This document shows positions 41,708 through 52,379 of a stretch of DNA of 64,000 nucleotides, piece by piece. The stretch spans positions 1,248,001-1,312,000 of the forward strand of contig CAWJGT010000003.1 in the NCBI GenBank assembly GCA_963842525.1. The letters are read 5' to 3'. This DNA comes from an uncultured Holophagales bacterium. Lineage in GTDB: Bacteria; Acidobacteriota; Thermoanaerobaculia; Multivoradales; UBA5704. A program made the position numbers and the translations under genes. Within the stretch, counting starts at the first letter, position 1. Each line of letters starts with the position of its first letter. The notes beneath the pieces were generated by a model. It saw only the letters and a list, made by a program, of their open reading frames with translations, made no database searches and was not told where the DNA came from.

Positions 41708-42003
41708 CGGGCCCCGGACCGGATACGGACCGCCAGGGCAGATCAGCCTCGTCACGGCTGCGGCCCCTTCGGTCTGCGCGCATACGCCGCGACGGGTCAA
41801 ACCCGGCCATGAGCCCGGCGGACCGAAGCGGCGACCTGGCCGACAAGATCGACGGTGACCTCCTCGGCCTCGGCGGCCTGCTGAAAGAGGAGCAGGGCAG
41901 CTAGCGCATCAGGATGCACCCCGCCGGCCTCGAAGATCGGGAGCATCTCGGCGGCGAGCTGCCGGATCCTGGCCGTATCGCCGCGGCGGGCGTGAAGAAC
42001 CAC
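41686..42003 (-). pseudogene. Copy 2: helical/TPR-like protein C-terminal fragment plus conserved spacer
   Basis: VLHARRGDTARIRQLAAEMLPIFEAGGVHPDALAALLLFQQAAEAEEVTVDLVGQVAASVRRAHGRV; no 5' part present. Confidence 0.7.
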
Positions 42004-42028
42004 CAGATCCAGAGAGACCAGGGCGGCA

Positions 42029-42355
42029 TCGAGCTCGGCGAGCGTGGTCCGCGTGGCGGCCCTTGCCGCGCTCCTCGAAGCCCGGCTTCAAGTCGAAAAT
42101 CTCCTCGTCCAGGCCGGGGATGCCGAGCTCGCCCGCGCCCTCGGGACCGAAGCGGGCCATCACCTCGAGCACGACCTGGGCATTCTCGTCGCTGCGCGCC
42201 ACCCAGGACGGCGGCGTCGCGGCGGAAGCAGTGGTGGACCAGGCCAGCGCCAGCAGGGCGGCGGCGCCCAGCGCGCGGCGGAAGGGTACAGGGATCGATC
42301 TATTCGGAAGTCACGATGTCTCCTTCGGAATTGCAGAGGTTAGCGTTCCCGGACT
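42029..42355 (-). pseudogene. Diverged duplicate of the DUF885 5' end
   Basis: Matches about 34066-34390 (WVARSDENAQVxLEVMARFGPEGAGELGIPGLDEE); truncated at TCGAGCTCGGCG. Confidence 0.85.
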
Positions 42356-42684
42356 GAGGTTGGCCATCTAAACAAGTGTCGGCAGCGGTCAATTCATTCC
42401 AGATCCTCCGCGAGCGCCCGGCCGGGCCGGAAGTGCCACCCGGGTGATCGAGAAGAGGACCGAGGTGCCTCTCCAACCTCTTGCCAACTGACGCCATGGC
42501 TTACCGTGTGTGTTCGCGGCAGGGCGCCGGCCCGGGCGCCCCTGCCGCATGTCCTTCGTATCCCGCTTGGCGAGCCCGCGCTTCGGTGGGCTTTGGATGA
42601 GATAGCGAGGCTTCTGACAGCAGTTGTCCGAATAAAGCTGGAGAACATGCCGCTTTCCAGACAACAGAAAAGGAAAAGGACACC

Positions 42685-43164
42685 ATGACAACCCAGACTC
42701 GCAGTCAACTGAGCCGTATCAAACCAAGGATCGTGATCCTCGGTTTCCTTGCCATCGCCCTGACACAGAGGGCTGCCGACGCCGGGCCGCCTCCTAAGGC
42801 GGTGTTCTTCGGCTCGGGGGGTAACCTGGTATCCACTACCTCCCGTTTTCCTGTCTTCGTCGACCTCGTACCGACCCCAGGCCAGGTGATCACCACGACG
42901 GGCCAGTCAACGATCCTCGTCGAGTTCTTCGGTTCCGCCCGCTTGAGCGAACCAGGGGCTTCGATGGACGTCCGCGCGACCATCGACGGCAAGCCGCTGT
43001 TCAGTACCAATGGGCGTACAAGCTCTGGCAGCAGCATCGGCTATTCCGCCTTCGTCACCAACGTCGGGCCCGGACAGCACACTGTCACCATGCAGTGGAA
43101 CGTGACCGGGGGGACCGGTTTCATGTTGGGCCGGACCTTCATCGTCTGGGTCTTCCCGCAATAG
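42685..43164 (+). CDS. Secreted beta-rich hypothetical protein
   Basis: RBS AAGGA; signal-like N-terminus; NVGPGQHTVTMQW. Confidence 0.7.
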   Translation: MTTQTRSQLSRIKPRIVILGFLAIALTQRAADAGPPPKAVFFGSGGNLVSTTSRFPVFVDLVPTPGQVITTTGQSTILVEFFGSARLSEPGASMDVRATIDGKPLFSTNGRTSSGSSIGYSAFVTNVGPGQHTVTMQWNVTGGTGFMLGRTFIVWVFPQ

Positions 43165-43264
43165 GACCGGTGACCAGCCCACACGTTTCGCTCCCCTTCC
43201 CCACCGGTCCCACCACCAAGTGGAAGAGGGGGAATGAGCGGTGAGTCGGCGCGTGCGGTAGTGC

Positions 43265-43292
43265 GTAGGGGCGCAGCATGCTGCGCCCCTAC
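43265..43292. repeat. GTAG-type REP, perfect 28-bp palindrome
   Basis: GTAGGGGCGCAGCATGCTGCGCCCCTAC, close to the RAYT gene. Confidence 0.8.
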
Positions 43293-43402
43293 GCCGCGCA
43301 CAGACGAATGCGGGAGAGGTGGCGCATCCATGTCCTCGTACAAAAGATCTAGCGGACCGGACAGGTGGGTGCCGACAGGTGCCACCCATTAGAAGGCTCT
43401 TG

Positions 43403-43900
43403 TCAACGACCCACACGTCTCCCTCCCGGGAGTGTTCGTTTCAAGAACGGCTCGTTCCGGCAAGATGTGCTCCCTTGTCGGGTTTGCGCGCCCGTGGACA
43501 CCAATCGTTCTTTAACCCCGTGGCTCAAAATGTACGCGAGGCGTTCAGCTTGGGCCTGAGGCTCGTCGCTGATCACGATGGCCTGATACCGCCGGGCCCA
43601 GATGCCGTGCCTCCAGCCGGTCAGCCGCTGGACCTCGAGGGCCAGGCCAGAATTGATATCGCGCATGAAGTCAGCGAGTTGTTTAGCATCGGTGACCCGC
43701 AGCAGCAGGTGATAATGATTTGAAGCAAATACCGCGGCAATGGCGACGCTCTCGTAGATTCGCTGGGCGCGGCCGAGAATGCCGACGATGACGTCGTTGA
43801 GCTCCGGGCTGGGCCGGAGGAGGAAGCGGCGCTGGACAGTGCGGCAGGTGACCTCGACGAGGGCGCCTCCTTCGGGGATGAACCGCAGTCTCCTGGCCAT
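43403..43900 (-). mobile_element. REP-associated / IS200-like HUH tyrosine transposase (RAYT), probably truncated
   Basis: MARRLR..EVTCRT..FLL, SNHYHLLL (HUH), W.RRY, LAYILSHGVK. Confidence 0.75.
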
Positions 43901-44274
43901 GCGGGGGCACGGAGAGGCAAGACGGCTGCCAACTCGGGCCTCCAGGGCAAGTTGTTGATTTCAAGCGACTTGCTGGTAATCGAGCGTGGGGCAGCCTCGC
44001 ACTCGTGTCCAGTTATCTGGCGGGGGTAAGAGCGAAATGGCCTGCAAAGGCCTGTCGCTGTTGGGTTTTGGTCCGTGTCAAGTTATTATGCGGGGGTGCA
44101 GAATCTTTTGCGGGCGACCCAAATCGCGGTGTCTCGGGAGTTGGAGCGGCGGGTCCAGAGCGGGACAGTACTTCGAGGGCGAGGTAATCGCGCCCTTCTT
44201 CCATGAGAAGCACGAGCATCCGCTTCCGCCGAGAATTCTCTGACACCCAGGATCGACCAAAAAGGGAACGAATA

Positions 44275-44784
44275 GTGGGCAAGGACATACGCGCTTTCAT
44301 CGAGTACCGCTCGGCGTCTGATGATATTTGGCGGTCACAGAGTGAGGTATTTTTGGAGCGAGAATATCGTCTTTTTGCCGCAATAACGGGAGTTCATTAC
44401 ACGGAAGACACCACCACTTTGTTCGAACCGCGTGGATTCCCGGCAGACGCCTCTGCATTCGCGCAACGCGCATACTACGCCCACATCGTGCCGGACCAAG
44501 AATTCGTCCATAATGGGTTGACGCGGTTCGTTCGCGCGAGCGATGTCGCCGGCATAATCAACAGTGGCGGACATTACCGACATCAATCGAAGGACATAAT
44601 TTCTCATCCAGATGCGCTATACCCATCATGGCTGAGCATCAGCGAGATTCAGAACGCTCTGCGGGCGATCGGGATCAGAAGCGAAACACTCGGCATTTCC
44701 TGGCAACTCGCCCTCCGCACGATGCAGGCGATCGAGGCCGAGTTCCATGCAGAAGTGCGGCTCGCATTCTGGTTTGAGATCTGA
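44275..44784 (+). CDS. Low-GC hypothetical protein, cassette-like
   Basis: GKDIRAFIEY..REYRLFAAITGV..EPRGFPAD..PSWLS; followed 5 bp later by GCCTAAC (44790-44796). Confidence 0.65.
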   Translation: MGKDIRAFIEYRSASDDIWRSQSEVFLEREYRLFAAITGVHYTEDTTTLFEPRGFPADASAFAQRAYYAHIVPDQEFVHNGLTRFVRASDVAGIINSGGHYRHQSKDIISHPDALYPSWLSISEIQNALRAIGIRSETLGISWQLALRTMQAIEAEFHAEVRLAFWFEI

Positions 44785-45071
44785 GCACCGCCTAACTCGC
44801 GGTAGAAGCCGACCCCCGGCTTCGGTCTGCCCGGAATAGGTGCCTGGGGTTTCTTGGGGCGCCGGCAGGCGCGAAGCGCCTATTTTGGGTCACGAGAGCC
44901 TTCCCTCCACGGTGTCTTTATCGACACCCTCGGTACGGAGAAGCGCCATGGTCCTGAATGCCTTATCCCTTCGCCAACGGCGTTGACGAGGTGTCGAAAG
45001 AGGTGTAAGGTCTTGGAAGCCTCTGAGAACAGGAGAGATCGTGGGCCGCCTCCGGAAGTTCCTGGCAGCAC

Positions 45072-45498
45072 CTACTCGCAATAGGCAGTCCACCCGAGGT
45101 GGTCGAATATTGGGTTGCTGCCGTCCCATCTAGGAAATTCGTGGAACCAGTACGGGACCAACAGCTCTCCGCGCCGCAGGAGCGTCTGAACTGCCGCACG
45201 TGCCACACCGGCCTGCGGCTCACGCGACCGCGTCATCCGGGTGAGCAGGTTTGTGTCGAGCAGGATCATTCGCCTTCCCCGCGCGTATAGACCGCTTCGC
45301 GCGTATCGTCCAGGCCTCAACATCCACCATGTAGGGGCGCATTTCGGCGAAAATGTCCTCGCCGTCCGGCATCCACGCCTCCGCCGGTGCCGGCTCTTCC
45401 ACAAAGACGATGGCCTCGCGTATCTCGCCGGGCATCCGGGCAAGGTTCTCGGCGATTTGCTGCTTCGGCCCTCTGAGCACGTGCGCTTGCATATTCAA
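45072..45498 (-). pseudogene. Degenerate antitoxin plus PIN toxin pair
   Basis: Small upstream ORF from 45498; PIN start MILLDTNLLTR at 45269 breaks off after about 39 aa. Confidence 0.55.
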
Positions 45499-45565
45499 CT
45501 CCGTAGGCCATACCGTTCGATTAGACCCGACTTCCGACGGCTAACCGAACAGCATTTTTGTTTAA

Positions 45566-45801
45566 GAGGGTGTTTGGAAATTGAGCCCCGCAGGGGCGGA
45601 CGGAATTAGCCCGGGCATTCATGCCCGGGAAGGGAAGGCCAAACCCTCCATCCAGCCCCGTCAGGGGCGGCAGGAGGCCCTGCCAGCCGGATTCCTGTCG
45701 TCCCTGGCGGGGCTCCGGGAATTTTGGATGCCTGATTCCCGGGCATGAATGCCCGGGCTAATCCCGGTCGCCCCTACGGGGCTGATTTTCCAGACACCCT
45801 C
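45566..45801. mobile_element. MITE-like element with the same TIRs as 336-549 but different internal REPs
   Basis: GAGGGTGTTTGGAAA..TTTCCAGACACCCTC enclosing TAGCCCGGGCATTCATGCCCGGG / CCCGGGCATGAATGCCCGGGCTA. Confidence 0.75.
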
Positions 45802-46099
45802 TAAGACTTACGGGACACCGTGGGAGCGTAAGAATTTGCTCGCATTGCACAGTCCATAGAGGCCGTGGGGAATTCGCCGGAGCCACGGCGGGAGTTCACC
45901 TTCTGTCGAAAAGGCGCTCCCGCCCGCCGCCCGAGTGGCTCCGGCGGTCCACGGTACTCGGGTGAGCCCGGATCGATCCAGATGACTCTTGATGCGCGCT
46001 CATTCGGCCATCCCGCCGCGGATGGCCCCTGATCCTCGTTCTTTCCGCCTTGTCTCCAGAGGAGCAAAACAGCTCGGCTCGACTCAAGGAGGAAAGAAC

Positions 46100-47897
46100 A
46101 TGAAGAAGTCTCTGAAGGTTCTGGGAGCGGCGGCCCTTGCGGCAGGAATTCTCCTGCTGCCTCTGGAGGGGCGCGCGCAGACGGAGGTGAGGGCCGGTTC
46201 GTCGGAGGTCTCCTGGACACCACCGGTAGAGAGCGAAGGAGCCGTCCTCGTAGTCTCGGGCCCGGAGGGAACCGCCTTCCGCCGCGATTTCAAGGCCGGC
46301 GAGACGCCCACCTTCAGCGTGTTCGACGCCGATGGGAAGCGCCGGACGGACGGCAGCTACACCTGGGAGGTGCGGACGATTCCGGCGTTGAGCGATGAGG
46401 TCCGCAAACAGCTCGCGGCGGCCCGCGCGAGCGGCGACGACGAGGCCATGAATGATCTTCTCGCGGAGCTGCGCCGAACGGGCGCGTTGCCCGCGGAAGA
46501 ATCGTTCGTGCTGACGGGCTCCTTCGTCATGGAAAGCGGCGCCATCCTGGCCGCAGGCCTCGCTGAGCCGGAACGCCGGAAAGGCCCGCGGGGAAAGGCC
46601 TCGAGCAGCGCCAAGCCCATTCCCGTGACGGCCGCGGATCAGGTGACTGCCGATGACCTGATCGTTCAGGGCAGCGCCTGCATTGGCGTGGATTGCGTCA
46701 ATAACGAAAACTTCGGCTTCGACACCGTCCGGCTCAAGGAGAACAACACCCGGCTCAAGTTCGAGGACACCAGCGTCGGGACCTTCCCCACCACCGACTG
46801 GCAGCTCACTGCCAACGACTCCTTCAGCGGCGGCGCCAGCAAGTTCTCTATCGAGGACATCTCAGGCGCGAGAGTGCCGTTTACCATCAGCGGCGGCGCC
46901 GCGACGAATTCGATCTTTGTCGACATTACCGGCCGGGTCGGTTTTCGGACCGCCACGCCGGTGCTCGACCTGCACGTCCATACGTTCGAACACGCCGGCC
47001 CTGCGTCTCGAACAGAACAGCTCCGGCGGCTTTACCGCCCAGACCTGGGACGTGGCCGGCAATGAGGTCGATTTCTTCGTCCGCGACGTCACCGGCGGCT
47101 CGCTCAAGCCTTTCCGCATCCGGCCCGGCGCACCGACCAGCTCGATCGATATCAGCCCCTCGGGCAAGGTCGGTTTCGGTATCGCGAGCCCCGCGGTCAA
47201 GCTCGATGCCCGTGGTGCGACCGCGGCGGACTCGTCGCTGGCGCTCGCCACGGTCAGCGATACGGAGTCGCCGCAGGTCGTGCTCCGGCATGCGCGCGGA
47301 AGCCTGACGACGCCCATGGCGACCCAGCAGGGCGACGTGCTCGGGACTCTCGCCTTCGGCGGCCACTATGGCAGCGGTTTTACGACGTCCGGCGGCGCGA
47401 CGGTGCACGCCTATGCGGAGCAGCCCTGGGGATCGAGCAGCGCCGGCGCCGGCCTCATCCTCTCCACCACGGGTGTCAACAACACCTTCGCCCAGGCCCG
47501 CCTAGCGATCCGGCACCACGGCTACGTCGGCATCGGGACGATCCAGCCCAGGGAGAAGCTCGAGGTCTGGGGCGGCAACATTCTCGTCACCGGCGGCAGC
47601 TACCTCGACGACGGCACGACCTTGAACGTTCCGGACTACGTCTTCGAGCCGGATTATGAATTGATGCCGCTCGCCGAGCTGAAATCGTTCATTGAGCGGG
47701 AGAGGCACCTGCCGAACGTCCCGAACCGCGACGAGGTCAAGGCGAAAGGCCTAAACCTCAGCGACTTTCAGATGCGGCTGCTCGAAAAGGTCGAGGAGCT
47801 GACGCTCTACACGGTGCGGCAGCACGACGAGATCCAGGCGTTGCGGGCCCAACTGGCGGAGGTGGAGAAGGGGCTCCGGGGCGAGAAGCCGCGGTAG
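46100..47897 (+). CDS. Secreted fibre/adhesin-like protein with tail-fibre-chaperone-like coiled-coil C-terminus; frameshift near 46985
   Basis: Signal peptide; DDLIVQGSACIGVDC..DTVRLKENN; VGIGT repeats; PDYVFEPDY..HLPNVP..LLEKVEELTLY. Confidence 0.75.
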
Positions 47898-47909
47898 CCG
47901 GTACGCTTT

Positions 47910-50899
47910 TTACAACAGCTCGCCGGCCAGACGGGCGATCTTCCTGTAGCGCCCCGCTGTAGCATCGCGGCGCAGCTCCTCGGCGAGGGTGCGCACGCGC
48001 TCGGGGTGGTCGCCCCTCGCCAAGGCCAGGCGCGCTTCCAGCAGTCGTGCATCCATCAGCAGGGTGCCGAACGAGAGGCGCCGGCATTCCGCGCCGGCAA
48101 TACCGAGCCATCGTTCCGCTTCTCTCCAGCGGCCGGTGTGCAGTGCGAGGTCGGCTCGCGCCAGCGCGATCTCGATGCGGAGCTTCCGGCTTCTCTGCGG
48201 TCAGCTCGGCGCTCGCGGCCGCATCGATCCATGGCAACGCCCGTTGGGGAGAGCCCGCTTCGCTCCAGCAGCGGGCAGCCCAGACCTGCACCGTCACGGC
48301 CGACTGATCGCCGAGGCCCTGGAGCTTCCCGAGCCTTCGCCTCCAGGCCTCGGCAGACCGTTGCATCACGGGGCTCGGCAAGATAGGTGCGGCCGGCGCG
48401 GACATAGGCGAGGGCATCCTTCTCGCCGGCCTTCTCATGCAGGGCGGCAGCCTCGTCCAGCCAGCGGAGCATCCGCTCGCGGTCGTCTTCGAGAGCAGCG
48501 AGCCTGGCTCGGGCCTGGAGCACAAAGGCGAGATGGCGCGGGACGCCGACGCTACGGCCCACCGTCTCCGCCTCGACCAGGAGCGTTTCAGCTTCCGCCA
48601 GCGAGCCGCGCACGATCAGCGTTGTCGCGAGGGTCTCGAGCGAGAGCACAAGGCCGCGCTGGTCGCTGGTCTCCCGCCGGAGCGCCACCGCCTTGCGGAG
48701 AGTCTCCTCAGCCTGCGGCAGGCGGCCCAGCTCGAGCTCGGCATGCGCCAGGTTATGCAGGAAGCGGCCTTCGTCCAGCCGGTTGTTGGATGCCCTTCCG
48801 GTCAGGAGCGCCGCGGCGAAGGCCTCCCGGGCCTCGAGAAGGCGGCCGCGATGCGTGTGCAGCCCGCCGAGAGCGCTGAGCACCAGAGCGGCTCCGCTAG
48901 GGCTGCCCACGCGCTGGTACAGGCGGAGGCCCTCGGCGCAGTCTCTCTCCGCTTCCTCGTGGCGGGCCTCCTGGACGCTCACGACACACGTAAGCTGCCA
49001 GGTGTTGGCGGCGCCGAGGATCTCTCCCTGGGTGAGAAACATCTGCCGCGCCCGCCCGGCCAAAGCTCGCGCCTGGCCGGTGTTGCCCAGATGATTGTGG
49101 GAGGCCGCCTGAAAGTGGATGATGCGGGCCTCGATCGCAGGGAGGCCGCGCGCCCTGGCCTCTGCGACGACGGCGGGAGCCCGGTCGAGGGCGTCCTGCG
49201 ATCGGCCCATCTGCCCGAGGGCCTCGAGCTCGGCGAGGCCTATCCGCGGATCCGTCCCCGCGGGCGGTGGCAGCGCACGGAGCTTCGCAGCCACGTCGTA
49301 AGACTCCTGAGCGTTGACTCGCACCACGCTCCGTGCGAGCAGCAGACCGATCTCCAGGTTGCCCGGCCGGAGGAGCCACAGCGAACGGTAGACCTTCGCC
49401 GCCTCGGTGTTCTTCCCGGTAGTGCGCAACGCCATGGCTTCGACCAGAAGCCGGCTCTCGCGCGGCAGATCGGTCGCCAGAGCGAGTGCCCGCTGAGCTT
49501 CAGCCCGGGCTTCCAGATCCTGGCCGGCGAGCGTCAGCCCGTGCGCCAGAGCGGCGTGAACAACGGGATGGCGAGGATCGGCGGCGGCGGCCGAACGCAG
49601 GTGTCGGATGGCGGCCGGGCTTTCGCGGCGATCGAGCGCGGCGAGGCCCGCGCGGTAGCTCTCCTCGGCGGCGGAGGAGACCGGCAGGGCCAGCCAGGGT
49701 GACGCGTTCGGCCGATCGTTCCCGCCGCGGTCAGCCTTCCACGGCGCCCACAGCCAGGCTCCGGCCGCCAGGAGCGCGACGAGCGCCAGGTTGAGCAGGA
49801 GCCCGCGCCGGCGGCGCGCCATTTTGCCGGCACGGTAGAGCTGCGAGCCGCGCCGCGCCCGTACGGGCTTGCCTTCGAGGTGGCAACGCAGATCTGCCGC
49901 AAAGTCGGCGGTCGAGGCGTAGCGGGCGCCAGGCTCCTTGCGCAGCGCCTTGAGCAGGATGGCGTCGAGGTCGCCGCGCAGCTCGCGGCGGCGGGCGCTC
50001 GAAGGGAGGTCCGGCTCCTGCTCGCGAATGGCGCGGTCGAGCGTCTCGCGGCTGGTGTCCGAGAGCCGGTACGGCCGCCGGCCGGTGAGAAGCTCGTAGA
50101 GGACGACGCCCAGCGAGTAGATGTCCGAACGAGCATCGACCGCCTCGCCGCGCACCTGCTCCGGGCTGGCGTATGCCGGCGTCATGGCACGATGCAGAGT
50201 GTGCGTCGTCTCCAGGACGCCGTCCTGGTGGAGGCGGGCGATGCCGAAGTCCAGCAGCTTGGGCTCGCCGCGGTCCGAGACCAGGATATTGCCGGGCTTG
50301 AGGTCGCGGTGGACCACCTTGGCGGCGTGCGCGTACCCGACCGCTTCGAGCACGGCGAGGAAAAGCTCGAGCCGGGTGCGCAGCGAAGCCTGCACCTTCT
50401 GGCAATAGACCAGGAGGTTTTCGCCCTCGACGAGCTCCATAGCCAGGTAGGAGCGGTCCGAAGGCGCGATGCCGGCGTCGTAGAGCCGCGCGATCCCCGG
50501 GTGCTCCAGGGCGGCAAGGATGCGCTGCTCGGCGCGAAAGCGGCGGGCGAGCGCAGGGTCCGGCCCCCAATCCACGATCTTGAGCGCGACCCGCCGGCTG
50601 AAGCCCTCTCCCTGCTGCTCGGCCAGGTAGACGACGGAGCTGCCGCCGCGTCCGATCTGCCGCAGGAGACGATAGCCGGGCACCTCCTCGCGCGCCGCCG
50701 CCTCGCCGAAGAAGGCGCCGGCAGGACGATCGAGAGCCGGCACCTCGCGTGCCGCGGCAGCGAGGAGCTCTTCGATCTCCCGCCGCAATTCGCCGTCGTC
50801 TCCGCAGACTTCGGCCAGCGTCCGTTCCCGCGCCTCAGCCGAGACCTGGCTCGCGCGGTGAAAGGCCGACTCGACGAGAGCGAAACGCGCGGCGTCCAT
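47910..50899 (-). CDS. Membrane Ser/Thr kinase with C-terminal TPRs; 3' frameshifts
   Basis: IGRGGSS, VALK, HRDLKPGN, DFG, TPAYASPEQ, TM helix, TPRs; reconstructed end IARLAGELL-TAA at 47910. Confidence 0.85.
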
Positions 50900-50914
50900 T
50901 TCGATCAGGTTCGA

Positions 50915-51499
50915 TCAGGCACCCAGCTCGCGAACGAGCCACGCCCGCGCCAGCGCCCAGTCGCGCTTCACGGTGCGTGGCGAGCAACCGAGCAGCTCGG
51001 CGGTCTCTTCCACCTCCAGGCCGCCGAAGAAGCGCAGCTCGACGACCTTGGCCAGCCGCGGTTGGAGCGCCGCCAGCCGGGTCAGGGCATCGTCGAGGGC
51101 CAGCAGATCGAAGACCTCCGGCGGCGCGGGCAGCGCGTCGAGGGAGGTCACCTCGATGTGCGTCGCGTCCCCGCCCCGCTTCGAGGCGCGCCGGGCGCGG
51201 GCGTGGTCCACGAGCACCTGGCGCATCAGGCTCGAGGCCACTGCGAAGAACTGCCGGCGCTCCTTCCACTGCCGCCGCCGCTGCTCGGAGAGCCGCAGGA
51301 AAGCCTCGTGGACAAGGGCCGTGGGCTGCAGCGTGTGGTCGTGCCGTTCGCCCCGCATCTGCGCCGCCGCAATGGCCCGCAGATCGTCATACACAAGATG
51401 GCCGAGACGCCGGAACGCCTCGTGGTCACCCTGTTCCCAGGCCACCAGCAGCTCGGTGACCTCCGCGCCGCCCGCCGCGAGATCCTCAGCAGAGCTCAT
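50915..51499 (-). CDS. Kinase-associated ECF sigma factor (ECF43-like)
   Basis: VTELL..HTLQPTALVHEAFLRL..ARARRASKRGG..VELRFFGGL..TVKRDW. Confidence 0.92.
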   Translation of the reverse strand: MSSAEDLAAGGAEVTELLVAWEQGDHEAFRRLGHLVYDDLRAIAAAQMRGERHDHTLQPTALVHEAFLRLSEQRRRQWKERRQFFAVASSLMRQVLVDHARARRASKRGGDATHIEVTSLDALPAPPEVFDLLALDDALTRLAALQPRLAKVVELRFFGGLEVEETAELLGCSPRTVKRDWALARAWLVRELGA

Positions 51500-51544
51500 C
51501 TGAGGCCAGTCTGCCCGAAAGCAGGCGGACGGGCAAGGCGTTTT

Positions 51545-52379
51545 TCAGGCGTCCAGGTCCGTCATCGCCGCCCGCGCCAGCTCCCGCCAGCGCTTGCCGG
51601 TGATGGGAAAGTCCCAGCGCTCGTATTGTAGGGGTCCTTCGTGCGGCGGCTTGGTGAAGTCGCAGGCCGGGGCCTCACGGAAGGTCTCGTGGACGGCGGG
51701 GAGGAACAGCCGCAGGATACTGAGCTGGGTGGCGAAGCAGTCGGCCATCCTCGTCTTCAGCTCCTGCTCGGCCGGCGTGAGGTCGACTCTACGCGTCTCG
51801 ACCTTCTCCGGGACGGGCAGCAGCTCCTGGATCACCATGTCGTCCTTGCCGATGGCTCCCGGGCGGGCGTGGTAGAGCGGCATCTCCACCAGGTCCGGAG
51901 GCTCGACCCCTTCGCGGCGCAGCAGCTCCACCGCGGCGCGACAGGCGAAGGCGGCTGCGTCATGGTCGGGGTGTCCTCCTTCATAGGCGTGGGTGAGGAC
52001 GATCTCCGGCCGCAGCTCGCGACAGAGGGCGGCGATCTCGCGGGCGAGCCGGGGCAGGTCCAGGACTGCCTCCTGGTCGGCGATGCCTCCGAGCATCAGC
52101 AGCCGTTCCGGGCCGATCCCGACCAGTGCCATGGCCGCCGCGAGCTCGCGGCGCCTTGCCTGCGTCGTACTCCTCGCGGGAGCCGGTGAACCCCTGCGCG
52201 AAGAATTGCGGATCGCGCGGCGCTCCGTCCGTCACATGGACCACCCGGACATCCCGCAGCCGGGCCAGCAGGGCGCCGGCGCCGATCGTCTCGTCGTCCG
52301 GATGGGCCACCACCACGAGGACGCGCGATCCGCCGCTCAGGAATCGATCAAGGGTCTCCCGGGGGCGGACCAGATTCAT
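51545..52379 (-). CDS. PIG-L family deacetylase; frameshift near 52160
   Basis: VVAHPDDETIG, VTDGAP, THAYEGGHPDHD. Confidence 0.85.

Noticed and set aside
42365-42392. attC left half (ATCTAAACAAGTGTCGGCAGCGG)
   Set aside because: The R'' box is imperfect and no matching right half was found.
42490-42660. Riboswitch (e.g. c-di-GMP) upstream of 42685
   Set aside because: Hairpins exist, but I could not find the conserved GGCAAA/GAAA/GCAAAG elements on either strand.
43940-44120. AT-richer segment as attI or integron promoter
   Set aside because: No adjacent integrase and no recognisable attI structure; it may just be a promoter region.
46100-47897. Prophage tail gene
   Set aside because: It has a signal peptide and no neighbouring phage structural, packaging or integrase genes.
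9900-52200. Programmed frameshifting or mass pseudogenisation
   Set aside because: Single-base shifts are scattered through unrelated genes, often at short homopolymers and sometimes compensating; long-read error is the simpler explanation.
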